Source: a virus. From it: 64,000 nt of DNA. Location: IMG/VR virus record IMGVR_UViG_3300045988_112172; one strand, 5' to 3'. The notes under the pieces are model-generated. The model did not search any database, had not been told where the DNA came from, and was given only the letters and a program-made list of their open reading frames with translations. Position numbers and translations under genes: made by a program. Below, piece after piece: positions 40,733 through 49,820 of the stretch; within the stretch, counting starts at the first letter, position 1, and every line of letters starts with the position of its first letter.

Positions 40733-40917
40733 TCGAATAATAATGATATTATTGAAAAGAACAATCCCACTGAAGCCAGTAGATAAGGTGCGCTCATTAA
40801 CAATTTAGACACCTCGTCTGTCTTAATCACTATCAGAAGGAAAGCGACTGCTGAAAGCAATGATATTATCGCCACAACAAGCGCTATGTTGGAAACTACA
40901 TCAGCCTTACTCTTCAC
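40678..40917 (-). CDS. small membrane protein (79 aa)
   Basis: Two hydrophobic helices. Confidence 0.4.
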   Translation of the reverse strand: MKSKADVVSNIALVVAIISLLSAVAFLLIVIKTDEVSKLLMSAPYLLASVGLFFSIISLLFEWKARRRSYTSAKNADEK

Positions 40918-41377
40918 TCTTCTTCTCGCCTAATTTTTCAGCTCCCTTCTGAAGATCATATTTGAATACTTCAATGATTTTCGTTTCTGCAATAGATTCA
41001 CAATTCCAGTCGCCCAACGTGCCCTGCATGCCTTTAGTCAACACGGCTTCGGCATCTTTAGGATTGCCGGCCTGGACATACATATAGCATGGTGTTTTCT
41101 TTTCTTTGCCTTTCTTTTCATCCAGTGTAATGTAATTCACCTTACACTTATACCAGTACTCAGCTTCTCCGTTGAAGAAGATTTCAGACACTTTAATAGG
41201 ATTTATTTTTACAACCTCGAAAGAATTGTACAAATCCTTGAAAATTTCCAAAGATCTTGATTCTGCCTCTGTGTAAGACAAGGCATCTACCAAATACTTT
41301 TCAGTTACTTTCTTTTTTTTGCCGTTCTCGATATTATCAATCTCGGCTTTTACCGTAATTTCAAACCAGCGATTCAT
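40907..41377 (-). CDS. hypothetical protein (156 aa)
   Basis: ORF. Confidence 0.5.
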   Translation of the reverse strand: MNRWFEITVKAEIDNIENGKKKKVTEKYLVDALSYTEAESRSLEIFKDLYNSFEVVKINPIKVSEIFFNGEAEYWYKCKVNYITLDEKKGKEKKTPCYMYVQAGNPKDAEAVLTKGMQGTLGDWNCESIAETKIIEVFKYDLQKGAEKLGEKKSEE

Positions 41378-41388
41378 TGTATTAATAT

Positions 41389-41649
41389 TTAATTAGTTGA
41401 TTTCTTTCCTTTTTCTATTTCTGTTTGAAGCCTGGCTGAGCACCATTGTAGTACATCCATCATCATCATATTATTATTTGATAATACACCTTTTATAACC
41501 AAAGCCAGTTGACGAGGAGACATACGCTGACTCATATCAAACCTACATTCTTCTTCGTTTACTATCGTGGCCACAAAATATTTGCAATCTTCTAAATGTA
41601 TCAGGGCTTCAGTCATAGCCTCTTTAATCTTTTCTTCTTCCTCTTTCAT
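41389..41649 (-). CDS. hypothetical protein (86 aa)
   Basis: ORF. Confidence 0.45.
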   Translation of the reverse strand: MKEEEEKIKEAMTEALIHLEDCKYFVATIVNEEECRFDMSQRMSPRQLALVIKGVLSNNNMMMMDVLQWCSARLQTEIEKGKKSTN

Positions 41650-41717
41650 GTTTCTTATTTTTCGGACAAAGATATGTCTTTTGTTGCTTAATAAGAAACA
41701 GAATGATTTAATATAAA

Positions 41718-42386
41718 TTAATTTTCTTCTGGGTTAACATCGATAGACATATTGTATCTTTTCCTGATAAAGACTTCTGTTTCTTCATTAAACGGGCAGG
41801 CTTCTTTCAAGAAAGCCATAGCCCGCTCCGCATCTTTATCTGCTATCTCAATATATCTCTCGAAAGTCATGCAAAGGTCGATGTTGTACGCACGCTCCTG
41901 TTTTATCTTGTCCACGTATTTCAACACTCGGCTTCTTATGTTGTTGGCTTCCTCTACTGTCTTATTAAATGATCCTATTTTTGCTGATTCAGGATCATTG
42001 TTTTCTTTGTTAACTCTTTCAAATTCTTCATTGGTGTATCCTACGCAACCCTCTACTGCCGGCACGACGCCCTCGTTTATGACGTTTAACCTCTCATAAG
42101 ATCGGTTTAAATACTTTGAACCCACCTTAAAAGCCCTGGACCTGACCAGTAAATTCACCACCTCTGTAGCGTCCTCTATCTTTCTAAATCCTACACCTAT
42201 GTCTTTAATAACAAATATCGGAACCCCGCAATCCGGGTACACAACTTCCTTTTCGTTCTTTATATTCCAATTTTTAGCTTCAATTGGAATACCCTTACCA
42301 GCAAGCTCTTTGTCTATATACAGACTTATCTCTTCGTCTGTCAATGCCACAATCTCATCTCTGCTTAAATCAAAAACTGTTTTCAT
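41718..42386 (-). CDS. hypothetical protein (222 aa)
   Basis: ORF. Confidence 0.55.
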   Translation of the reverse strand: MKTVFDLSRDEIVALTDEEISLYIDKELAGKGIPIEAKNWNIKNEKEVVYPDCGVPIFVIKDIGVGFRKIEDATEVVNLLVRSRAFKVGSKYLNRSYERLNVINEGVVPAVEGCVGYTNEEFERVNKENNDPESAKIGSFNKTVEEANNIRSRVLKYVDKIKQERAYNIDLCMTFERYIEIADKDAERAMAFLKEACPFNEETEVFIRKRYNMSIDVNPEEN

Positions 42387-42585
42387 TTCTTTTATTCATT
42401 AAATTAAACAATCTACCTCTTTGTTCAGGCTCCGTATATTCCACCCATATATCGGCTGCCACATTTCTCAGAAATTCCATAAAGTCTTGATGATCTCTAT
42501 ATTCAGTAGAATCTATTTTCTTTATAAAACTTAGGATTTCCTTTAGCATTTTATTGTTTTCTTCAAGAAGCTCTCTGTCGGTCAT
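42370..42585 (-). CDS. small hypothetical protein (71 aa)
   Basis: ORF. Confidence 0.4.
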   Translation of the reverse strand: MTDRELLEENNKMLKEILSFIKKIDSTEYRDHQDFMEFLRNVAADIWVEYTEPEQRGRLFNLMNKRNENSF

Positions 42586-42606
42586 GATCTCGTGAAAATA
42601 TATTAT

Positions 42607-42942
42607 TCAACATGTAATAGGCAGTAAATTTTCGATGTAGGCCCATCTTACGATATGGAAAATTCTAACAGCTATTTTCCAATTAGAGTTATTTGGCCCA
42701 CAGACAATAGGAGTTTCATCTTGTTTAATAGCAATCAACATTCCACTGTGTTGTGGTGTTTCGCTTGCATCATGCCACGCGCTGCTGATGCTCCATTCTG
42801 CACCTGCCATGAAGTCTTCATAGCAATTATCCTTGCGTAAAACATAATCGTCTGCATCCACTTCTTTGAGAACGTTTCGCCGAAAATGTGTTTTACCTAT
42901 GGTATAATCTTTTGCTGCTTTTTCAATATCTTCTCGTTTCAT
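42607..42942 (-). CDS. hypothetical protein (111 aa)
   Basis: ORF. Confidence 0.45.
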   Translation of the reverse strand: MKREDIEKAAKDYTIGKTHFRRNVLKEVDADDYVLRKDNCYEDFMAGAEWSISSAWHDASETPQHSGMLIAIKQDETPIVCGPNNSNWKIAVRIFHIVRWAYIENLLPITC

Positions 42943-42955
42943 TTCTTTTTAAATT

Positions 42956-43375
42956 TTACAGCATAGATTGAACATATTCCAAATATTCTTGAGCTTGTTC
43001 AGGGGATTCGAATTGAGATGTCTCTTCGTTATATAAAGGAGCATAGTTGGCTTGTTTCAATAAATTGTCGTAAAACATATTGATGAATATTTTTAATAGA
43101 TCGGCTGTATTATTCGCTGTTCCCATTGTTACTCCATGACATCCATCCCCCATATTTACATATTCGTTACTAAAAGACATCCCACCTTTTATACCATATC
43201 GAATTTGAGCGATGTATATGCGTTCGAAATGTACTTCAAACCAAAGATTATGTTCTGATTTTTCATATTCTTTGATTGATAAGCAGAATATGCCAAAAAC
43301 AAATTTCAACTCTTCTTTTGTAATTCCTGCCGGATTTTTTGTCAATATTTCTTTAACTTGTTCTTTCGTTATCAT
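42956..43375 (-). CDS. hypothetical protein (139 aa)
   Basis: ORF. Confidence 0.5.
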   Translation of the reverse strand: MITKEQVKEILTKNPAGITKEELKFVFGIFCLSIKEYEKSEHNLWFEVHFERIYIAQIRYGIKGGMSFSNEYVNMGDGCHGVTMGTANNTADLLKIFINMFYDNLLKQANYAPLYNEETSQFESPEQAQEYLEYVQSML

Positions 43376-43397
43376 GATTCGCTATTTTTTTATATTA

Positions 43398-43658
43398 TTA
43401 CCAATCTCCGCCATCATTTGGAATATTTATAGTATCTATAGAATTGTTGTAATTACTGCCACCAAATTTTTCAAATTCCGGTTCAGGATTATCTTCTGTA
43501 TCTCCATGCATCATTACATGTAGCGTTCCACTTGCACTATAAAGCCAAAGACGCTTACCATACTTTTCCCACTTTTTTGCAAGTCGTTTCAGAGAGTCAA
43601 TCAACTTACATTCTTCTGGAGTACATTCTATTCCGGCTTCTGTTCTGTATTTGCTCAT
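43398..43658 (-). CDS. hypothetical protein (86 aa)
   Basis: ORF. Confidence 0.45.
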   Translation of the reverse strand: MSKYRTEAGIECTPEECKLIDSLKRLAKKWEKYGKRLWLYSASGTLHVMMHGDTEDNPEPEFEKFGGSNYNNSIDTINIPNDGGDW

Positions 43659-43669
43659 ATCTTTTTATG

Positions 43670-43885
43670 TTATTTTAAATCATCAATTTCACAACTCCAA
43701 TTTATCGCATCTTTTTCTACGATGTTATCAGCGAGCCATTCAGCCGCAATGGAATCTTCAGGAACTTCCCACACTCCGTTATCGTAGTTTTCTATTAGAT
43801 CATCATATACTTCTTCTGGAACTTCTATATCCTCTAATCCTACTGTGTAAGTAACCGTTACAGTCAAATTCTTTATAGCTTTCAT
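43670..43885 (-). CDS. small acidic protein (71 aa)
   Basis: ORF. Confidence 0.4.
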   Translation of the reverse strand: MKAIKNLTVTVTYTVGLEDIEVPEEVYDDLIENYDNGVWEVPEDSIAAEWLADNIVEKDAINWSCEIDDLK

Positions 43886-43888
43886 GAC

Positions 43889-44320
43889 TCAATTATTTTT
43901 AGTTGTTATTTGATCTTCTAAATTGCCTTTACCCTCTAATTTAGATAATGCTTGTTCAAATTCCTTTATTTCCTTTAAGGCGCATTCCTTACAATAGGTG
44001 ATAATATCAAATTCCTTTATTTCCTTTAAGGTATATTCCTTACGATAGGTGATAATATCAAGTTGTGTATAATCCGTAAAAAATCTGTCTATCATGTTCT
44101 TATAATGAAACCGTACAGGTTCTTCACAATGATTTAGTAAAATCACAAAATTGGAATTTCTCGGATGAAAACACAAGAATCTGTAATAATTCACTTTCCC
44201 TGCTATACATTCAATTAACTTTTCATCCATCTTCAATTTATTGATGTCTTCTATGTTTAATATCGGTTTCATATCTTTAGTTATTGGATAGAGATAAAAG
44301 CGATTCGTTTGACTCCGCAA
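43889..44320 (-). CDS. hypothetical protein with an internal 17-aa tandem duplication (143 aa)
   Basis: The ORF contains an in-frame 51-bp tandem repeat (two copies, 43957-44058), giving DIITYRKEYTLKEIKEF / DIITYCKECALKEIKEF. Confidence 0.5.
   Translation of the reverse strand: MRSQTNRFYLYPITKDMKPILNIEDINKLKMDEKLIECIAGKVNYYRFLCFHPRNSNFVILLNHCEEPVRFHYKNMIDRFFTDYTQLDIITYRKEYTLKEIKEFDIITYCKECALKEIKEFEQALSKLEGKGNLEDQITTKNN
43957..44058. repeat. 51-bp tandem repeat, 2 copies (about 90% identical), in-frame inside a CDS
   Basis: caaattcctttatttcctttaagg[cg/ta][c/t]attccttac[a/g]ataggtgataatat occurs twice. Confidence 0.7.
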
Positions 44321-44513
44321 TTGCTTTTATTTGTTCTGGATTGATAAAACTCTTAATTTGTTCACTTATCTTACAAATAGATTTGATCATATCAACGAAT
44401 AATTTTGAGGTGCATTCGTTACATTCCACTTCCATTACCGGTTTATGTCTATTGTATGATATGCATGTTACACAATTCAACCAGTGTGTATAAGTTCCTT
44501 TTTCTGCATTCAA
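44277..44513 (-). CDS. small Cys-containing protein (78 aa)
   Basis: ORF that overlaps its neighbour by 44 nt. Confidence 0.35.
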   Translation of the reverse strand: MNAEKGTYTHWLNCVTCISYNRHKPVMEVECNECTSKLFVDMIKSICKISEQIKSFINPEQIKAIAESNESLLSLSNN

Positions 44514-44617
44514 TCTATCGTATTCTACCTTTGTCTCTCCATTTCCATATTCAATTACTCTTTTTAGAAATGGTTTTGCATAAATACTAAAACCGAAAGG
44601 TTGGGTGTTTAAGGCAT

Positions 44618-45016
44618 CTAAACGGGAAGTTCCATCTCTCCATTTTCATCGCCTCCTGTCCATTCCTTAGAGGGGTTAGGGACAATATTTCCGTTTTTGT
44701 CATAGGAAAACACGCAATTCGTTTCCAGTTGATACTTAATAACAGGCACTTCTTCTACTATTTTATAACTCAAACATCTCTTCAGAACTTCCCTGATTTG
44801 ACTTTCCAAATCAGAAAGTGCTATACTATTGAAATATCCTTCGTTGCCTAATCTGTTTGTAGGTAATTTGATCCCATAAGAATGAATCTTATCCACATCT
44901 TCTTTTGACAAGGTAGTGGTAAACACCCCTTCTTTGGTGACATTCACTTTAGCAGTTACAGACAAACTGTTATTAGCGTTCTTTTCCGTTATATTTAGTG
45001 TTGTTAATGCTGCCAT
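44618..45016 (-). CDS. hypothetical protein (132 aa)
   Basis: ORF. Confidence 0.5.
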   Translation of the reverse strand: MAALTTLNITEKNANNSLSVTAKVNVTKEGVFTTTLSKEDVDKIHSYGIKLPTNRLGNEGYFNSIALSDLESQIREVLKRCLSYKIVEEVPVIKYQLETNCVFSYDKNGNIVPNPSKEWTGGDENGEMELPV

Positions 45017-45034
45017 AATCAGATCTTTTTAAAA

Positions 45035-45286
45035 TCAATTCGAATAAATATAATACATTCCTGCTTCATATACCTTATGTACATCAGGGTCATTCTTGTC
45101 TTCCGGTTCCAATTCACTCTCTTCACAAGTATAATCCCATTCAGAGTTGTAGTACATATCCTCGTCTGTTTTCTCCAAGGAACAATCTTTCATTAGATTC
45201 ATATTTTCTCCCCATACTGCAACTTCTTGTCGTTGCTCTTCTTCCGTCATAAGGGATATTTTGTCTTTTAATTCTTTCCAGGTCAT
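45035..45286 (-). CDS. small acidic protein (83 aa)
   Basis: ORF. Confidence 0.45.
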   Translation of the reverse strand: MTWKELKDKISLMTEEEQRQEVAVWGENMNLMKDCSLEKTDEDMYYNSEWDYTCEESELEPEDKNDPDVHKVYEAGMYYIYSN

Positions 45287-45310
45287 GATTTTTAAAAGAT
45301 GATTAATAGT

Positions 45311-45694
45311 TTATTCTACATCAAAAAGCTGATCTAACACCAACAATTCCGCATTCATATCTTCATCTTTCGGGAAACGAACTTTTATATTTCCAAACTT
45401 AGATGTCTTAAACAAGATGTAGGGGTTCATATCTTCGGCAGTCACCGGCTTATATTCCTTAACTTCCGACATCTTGAGATACCAGTCACCTATTTTTACA
45501 AACCCAGAAAAGATAGAACACAGATGCGCTTTTACAGACTGTATCTCCTTTTTATCTTTGAAAGGTATAATTTCGTCCTTTCCCCTTATCCTGATTGACA
45601 AGAAAGGACGAATGTTATCTGTTTCATTTTGAAATTTGAAGCCTGTTATGGCTTGCTTGGGGATTCTTCTTCCCATTAATATAAAATAGCTCAT
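45311..45694 (-). CDS. hypothetical protein (127 aa), downstream partner of the ABC ATPase
   Basis: ORF. Confidence 0.5.
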   Translation of the reverse strand: MSYFILMGRRIPKQAITGFKFQNETDNIRPFLSIRIRGKDEIIPFKDKKEIQSVKAHLCSIFSGFVKIGDWYLKMSEVKEYKPVTAEDMNPYILFKTSKFGNIKVRFPKDEDMNAELLVLDQLFDVE

Positions 45695-45734
45695 TGTGAT
45701 AAGTTTATAAAAAAATGGTATATAATTACTTCAA

Positions 45735-46532
45735 TTAATTAGATGCAAATATGCTAATTTTGTTTAGATATCCTTCTGTCATCTCTATGAAATTCACACA
45801 ATCTAATTTGCTTAACTTGTAAATCAATGCCGGATTGTGTACTATGGCTATAATTTGCGTTTGTGGTTTATGGAATGACAATACATTATAAATTTGCATT
45901 ATATTGTCAATGTCAAGATTTCTGTCTGGCTCATCCATGAGAACCGTGTATTCAAAACTGCTTTCTGTTAATGTTATGCGGTTTCTTCCATAATACTTCA
46001 ACAGGTTATCAATTCTTTTAATCCAAAACGCATTTGATTTTTTCTTGTATTCTACAAGATCTTGTATTGGAAATGTATAATCCTTTTGACCGAACATTAA
46101 ATTGAAGAGTGATTCCAATGATAACACCACTTTCTCTCCATAAGATCTTCGAATATTATTCACATACAAATCGAAATTGCTGATGTTTTTCAATACGCTA
46201 TCTCGATTCATCTCCGCCGATGGCAATAAACGGAATACTTTCCCTGCATAATCAGATGATATGTCAATCCCATCAAGAACCTTGTCATCATCATCAAATA
46301 TAGGTGGAAAATCCAGCGCCTCAGCCGGCATTTCAGAGCACATGGACTTCTCGCATAACGCATACATTGATATGATGTTAAGCAAAGTTGTTTTTCCACT
46401 ACCGTTTTTACCTATAATTACATTCACTCCTGGCTTGAAAATAAATTCTTTACCATTTTCAAACGCTTCTATGTCCGAAGCATATTCAAATGGAGTTTTT
46501 GTATTGTCTTTTATTTTTACTGATGTTATCAT
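45735..46532 (-). CDS. ABC-type (AAA_21/SMC-like) ATPase (265 aa)
   Basis: Walker A VIIGKNGSGKTTLL, degenerate signature RRSYGEK, Walker B VLMDEPDRNLD and H-loop IAIVHNP. Too short for a transporter NBD with a canonical LSGGQ. It resembles small defence or abortive-infection-type ATPases. Confidence 0.65.
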   Translation of the reverse strand: MITSVKIKDNTKTPFEYASDIEAFENGKEFIFKPGVNVIIGKNGSGKTTLLNIISMYALCEKSMCSEMPAEALDFPPIFDDDDKVLDGIDISSDYAGKVFRLLPSAEMNRDSVLKNISNFDLYVNNIRRSYGEKVVLSLESLFNLMFGQKDYTFPIQDLVEYKKKSNAFWIKRIDNLLKYYGRNRITLTESSFEYTVLMDEPDRNLDIDNIMQIYNVLSFHKPQTQIIAIVHNPALIYKLSKLDCVNFIEMTEGYLNKISIFASN

Positions 46533-46543
46533 TGTAATCCTTT

Positions 46544-47050
46544 TTAAAAATCAATTACCGCCCGAACCATGTCTCCGATGTGCTTGTTGCCGGTGCCCGT
46601 GAGGCCACTGGAGAAGACCACGTACCACGCGACGGCCTGGCTGCTCTCAGTACTGGACCAATACCACGTCGAGGAGAGGGGAGATGCCGAAACATAAGCG
46701 AATGCTTTGTTTAGTTCGTTCATATAATGGGCCATTAAATTTAATTGACCAAGAGATGGTATATACTCGCCATCTTCCAGCAGATTTCTCAATTTTGGAT
46801 TTCTGGCTACAAGGCGTTCCGTATTGCCGCGTCCGTCAATGTCAAACAGCGCATCACATTCACGTTCGTAATATGTCCCACTTCCGGATTCTTCACGGCT
46901 ATCATCGTCAAGCAACCGTACACTATCATGCTCCGCCAATGAGATAGCAAACGATACGTCTTTGTGTTTTAATCCGATATAACGCACATTCTTTTTGAAA
47001 TTCTCTCCAGTAAACGGCTCAGCATGTCCGTTTCCGTAGATTAGATACAA
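46544..47050 (-). CDS. DUF1566 (Lcl C-terminal)-like domain protein (168 aa)
   Basis: The C-terminal segment SSTWYWSSTESSQAVAWYVVFSSG ... RAV matches the conserved W-rich pattern of DUF1566. Confidence 0.4.
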   Translation of the reverse strand: MYLIYGNGHAEPFTGENFKKNVRYIGLKHKDVSFAISLAEHDSVRLLDDDSREESGSGTYYERECDALFDIDGRGNTERLVARNPKLRNLLEDGEYIPSLGQLNLMAHYMNELNKAFAYVSASPLSSTWYWSSTESSQAVAWYVVFSSGLTGTGNKHIGDMVRAVIDF

Positions 47051-47332
47051 ACCATCTTTTCTTTTTTTACAAGCTTTTCCAATAATGGTTCTATGTTTTT
47101 GATTATATCTTCTTTGGTAAGGTGAAGTTCATTTAATATGAAGTTCCTTACCGCCTTGTATTCTTTACTTGCGCTCATAATATATCTACTTAATACTGTG
47201 AATTATATTTTTTCTCTCTCCCACTGTCTTCCCCTATAGGATTATTCCATCCGTATTTTACAGCCATAGCTTTAAATAGAGGAAGTCCATAAAATTTATA
47301 ATCATTCTCAGGATGAGCATATACTGTTGATT

Positions 47333-47996
47333 TCATTTCAGTTCTTTAATTAAAGCATCCGCATATATTACAGCTAATTCAGCCGCCTTATCACACGTCT
47401 CCAATATTAATTCACCGTGAGGTCCACGCCCTGATACGAGTGTGATCGGAAGCATGGTTTTTGCTATCTCGTATCTACGTTGTTCCCAATCTACATGGGT
47501 GTTACACGGTTCTTGATTGACCTGTATATATCTTCCTTCAATATTAGAAGATCTTAATGTTTCCGCATTCTCTTCGCCGAATGCGACCAGAATAGACCCA
47601 CATCCTGGACTTTCACCTATTGTTCCATCTTCTCTGTGGAATTTTATCCTTCCTTTCATGAACAATACACCTTTTGCTTTCGGGAATACAACATCCTGAA
47701 ACATCTTATTGTCAAGACGATTAAAAAGAAGAGCTATTCCATTATTGTGCTCTACCATACGAGTAATAAAATGCTCTATAGTCGGTCTTGAATAAGGTGG
47801 GTTTAACCATACCCCTTCCTTCCCATTTTTGTTTTAATCCATCTTGCTCTTTGTTATACATAACCCTGGCTGTCCTCCATAACGGACGCATAGGCGCACA
47901 TGGATCTAAATCAAATTCCCCTAAAGCGTCTATAATTTCTTTAGGTGTGTACCATTCATCTGTACTGTTTTTAGATTTCTCAAATGATGTATTCAT
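47333..47996 (-). pseudogene. Dam-like N6-adenine DNA methyltransferase (phage DNA N-6-adenine-methyltransferase family), split by a frameshift at a G4/C4 run (47812-47815); may be intact if the run length was miscalled
   Basis: The N-terminal ORF (47742-47996) has DEWYTPKEIIDALGEFDLDPCA, the hallmark of this methylase family. Translating the alternative frame across 47790-47830 gives VWLNPPYSRPTIEHFITRMVEHNNG, that is, an intact catalytic NPPY motif, which joins ORF 47333-47758. Confidence 0.6.
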
Positions 47997-48014
47997 ATAT
48001 CTATGTTTTATAAG

Positions 48015-48692
48015 TTAATCCCATCCTCCAGTAGTGTACAAAGATACATCTTCCTCCTCTACGTTTACACCTTTAATAGCCTGTAGAAGTTTTTTCTTTG
48101 TCTCCCGGCACATATTGTAACCATATCCTTTATACCGATATGAGCGTTCCCATGTGCTTACTGGAAAAGGAATATTTTCATCAATGACCAGTCTCTTCAT
48201 ATGAAGATGTTCGAAGAATTTCTCATGGTAGAGTAGTTTGTACTCGTATGCTACTATACTTGCAGATGAGAATGGAAAATAATCATCTTCCTCTTCTTCG
48301 TATTCCTCTTCTTCGTATTTAGGCTCCTTGTAGTAAGCCATTTTTGCCACAGTAAAGTCGAAGCTCCTGAGAATCTCTTCTGGCTTTCCGAACTCTGACT
48401 CTATGAACTCTCCCCATACCTTTTCTCCCTCTTTCTGGAATGCGCATACCTTCTCATTCCTGTACTTAAATTTCCATCCTTCTTTCTGATGTTTTTCATC
48501 ATTGAACAAATCAACAGCTTCCTGAAAATCGTCTTCGCTTTCAAAGAAAATATCAATGTCTTTTACTCTTTCTCCGGAAAGGATATTTTTAAAACATCCA
48601 CCAGCTATGAATCCTTTGTGGCCTTCCATATACTTGTCAAGCCATCTTATTTGCCAGAAATTATCTGGAGTATCTATTACAAAATTATTCAT
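48015..48692 (-). CDS. minimal nucleotidyltransferase-fold protein (Pol-beta-like or SMODS-like) (225 aa)
   Basis: GFIAGGCFKNILSGERVKDIDIFF fits the NTase hG[GS]x9-13Dh[DE]h signature. A third acidic residue lies in SFDFTVAKM. It is adjacent to the methyltransferase. Confidence 0.55.
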   Translation of the reverse strand: MNNFVIDTPDNFWQIRWLDKYMEGHKGFIAGGCFKNILSGERVKDIDIFFESEDDFQEAVDLFNDEKHQKEGWKFKYRNEKVCAFQKEGEKVWGEFIESEFGKPEEILRSFDFTVAKMAYYKEPKYEEEEYEEEEDDYFPFSSASIVAYEYKLLYHEKFFEHLHMKRLVIDENIPFPVSTWERSYRYKGYGYNMCRETKKKLLQAIKGVNVEEEDVSLYTTGGWD

Positions 48693-48710
48693 ATTGTTTA
48701 TGTTTTGCCG

Positions 48711-48965
48711 TTACCAAGCGAGATAAAAATTCCGCTTCACAATAATACAATGAGTGTAATTACTCAGGTCGATTCCGTTGTCCGTAAATGCATCCAGGAC
48801 CCGTTTTTCCACGTATTTGAGTTTTACTGTTATCCCCTTCTTAAACACTTCTATTAACTTCTCATTGCACTCAATAGGTCCAATAAGACAGTATCTATTC
48901 GAAGGACTGTCTGATATACAATATGTCTGACATCCTAACATGTTGCTTAAAATTACTTCGTTCAT
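48711..48965 (-). CDS. hypothetical protein (84 aa)
   Basis: ORF. Confidence 0.4.
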   Translation of the reverse strand: MNEVILSNMLGCQTYCISDSPSNRYCLIGPIECNEKLIEVFKKGITVKLKYVEKRVLDAFTDNGIDLSNYTHCIIVKRNFYLAW

Positions 48966-48972
48966 AATTTCT

Positions 48973-49449
48973 CTATGATTCTAATATGGTGTCTACAAAC
49001 TCCGTTATTTTATCAACGGATTCTTTTGATAAGGTATATCTTCTCCAATCCCATCTAAAATGCGCTTTTGGGAGATTTTTAGTAGAATATTTTTCATTTC
49101 CGTCCTTGTTAGTCCATTCGTAATTATCCTCTGGATCCGCCACTTTTATCCCCGATTTAGGTCCGTTACGAAAGCTATATAGCATTCTTATAACCGATTC
49201 AAAATCCGAACCTATATCAAATATCATATGATACACCTTGTTTATTAAAGCCCTATCAGCTTGTTCCAAGTCTTCACCAAACAACTCTCTTACACTCCAA
49301 TTTTTCATTTCTGAATAACGAATGAAATTAAGTTTCCCTTTTTCTATATTAGGATCTTTTCTTGATAATACAAGCTCCAAATCTTTCACAAATGATTCTT
49401 TTAGTTTCTGTTGTCCTAACAAGGCGGTGTATTTGCTCACTATATCCAT
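48973..49449 (-). CDS. hypothetical protein (158 aa)
   Basis: ORF. Confidence 0.5.
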   Translation of the reverse strand: MDIVSKYTALLGQQKLKESFVKDLELVLSRKDPNIEKGKLNFIRYSEMKNWSVRELFGEDLEQADRALINKVYHMIFDIGSDFESVIRMLYSFRNGPKSGIKVADPEDNYEWTNKDGNEKYSTKNLPKAHFRWDWRRYTLSKESVDKITEFVDTILES

Positions 49450-49820
49450 TATCCAAAGTTTTTTAATATTGCTCCAAACGAATCATATTTAATCCCTAAT
49501 GTATCATGTGCCTTTTGGGATCCACATTCACATTCACCAACTCTTGCGCCGGACCCACACTCGCATAAGTCTATTCCCCAATGGTTGACGCAGTGGTTGC
49601 AGCAGCAGGACTGGTGAAGCCATGTGGCATCACCAGCATCCAAATCCAATTTTTCAAATGTTTCCCAAAACATGCTATTCGAAGCACCATTATCAAAGCT
49701 GATAGTGACTGCGCCGCATTTACATTTTTGTATGTATTCTATTTTCATATATGTTCCATTTTCAAAATTTCTGGGGATAGATATTCTTGTAACTCCAATT
49801 TGCGTATTGGGACAAGACAA
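49449..49820 (-). CDS. Cys-rich protein (123 aa)
   Basis: CKC ... CCCNHC ... CEC ... CEC; overlaps the upstream gene by about 75 nt, so the real start is probably internal. Confidence 0.4.
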   Translation of the reverse strand: MSCPNTQIGVTRISIPRNFENGTYMKIEYIQKCKCGAVTISFDNGASNSMFWETFEKLDLDAGDATWLHQSCCCNHCVNHWGIDLCECGSGARVGECECGSQKAHDTLGIKYDSFGAILKNFG

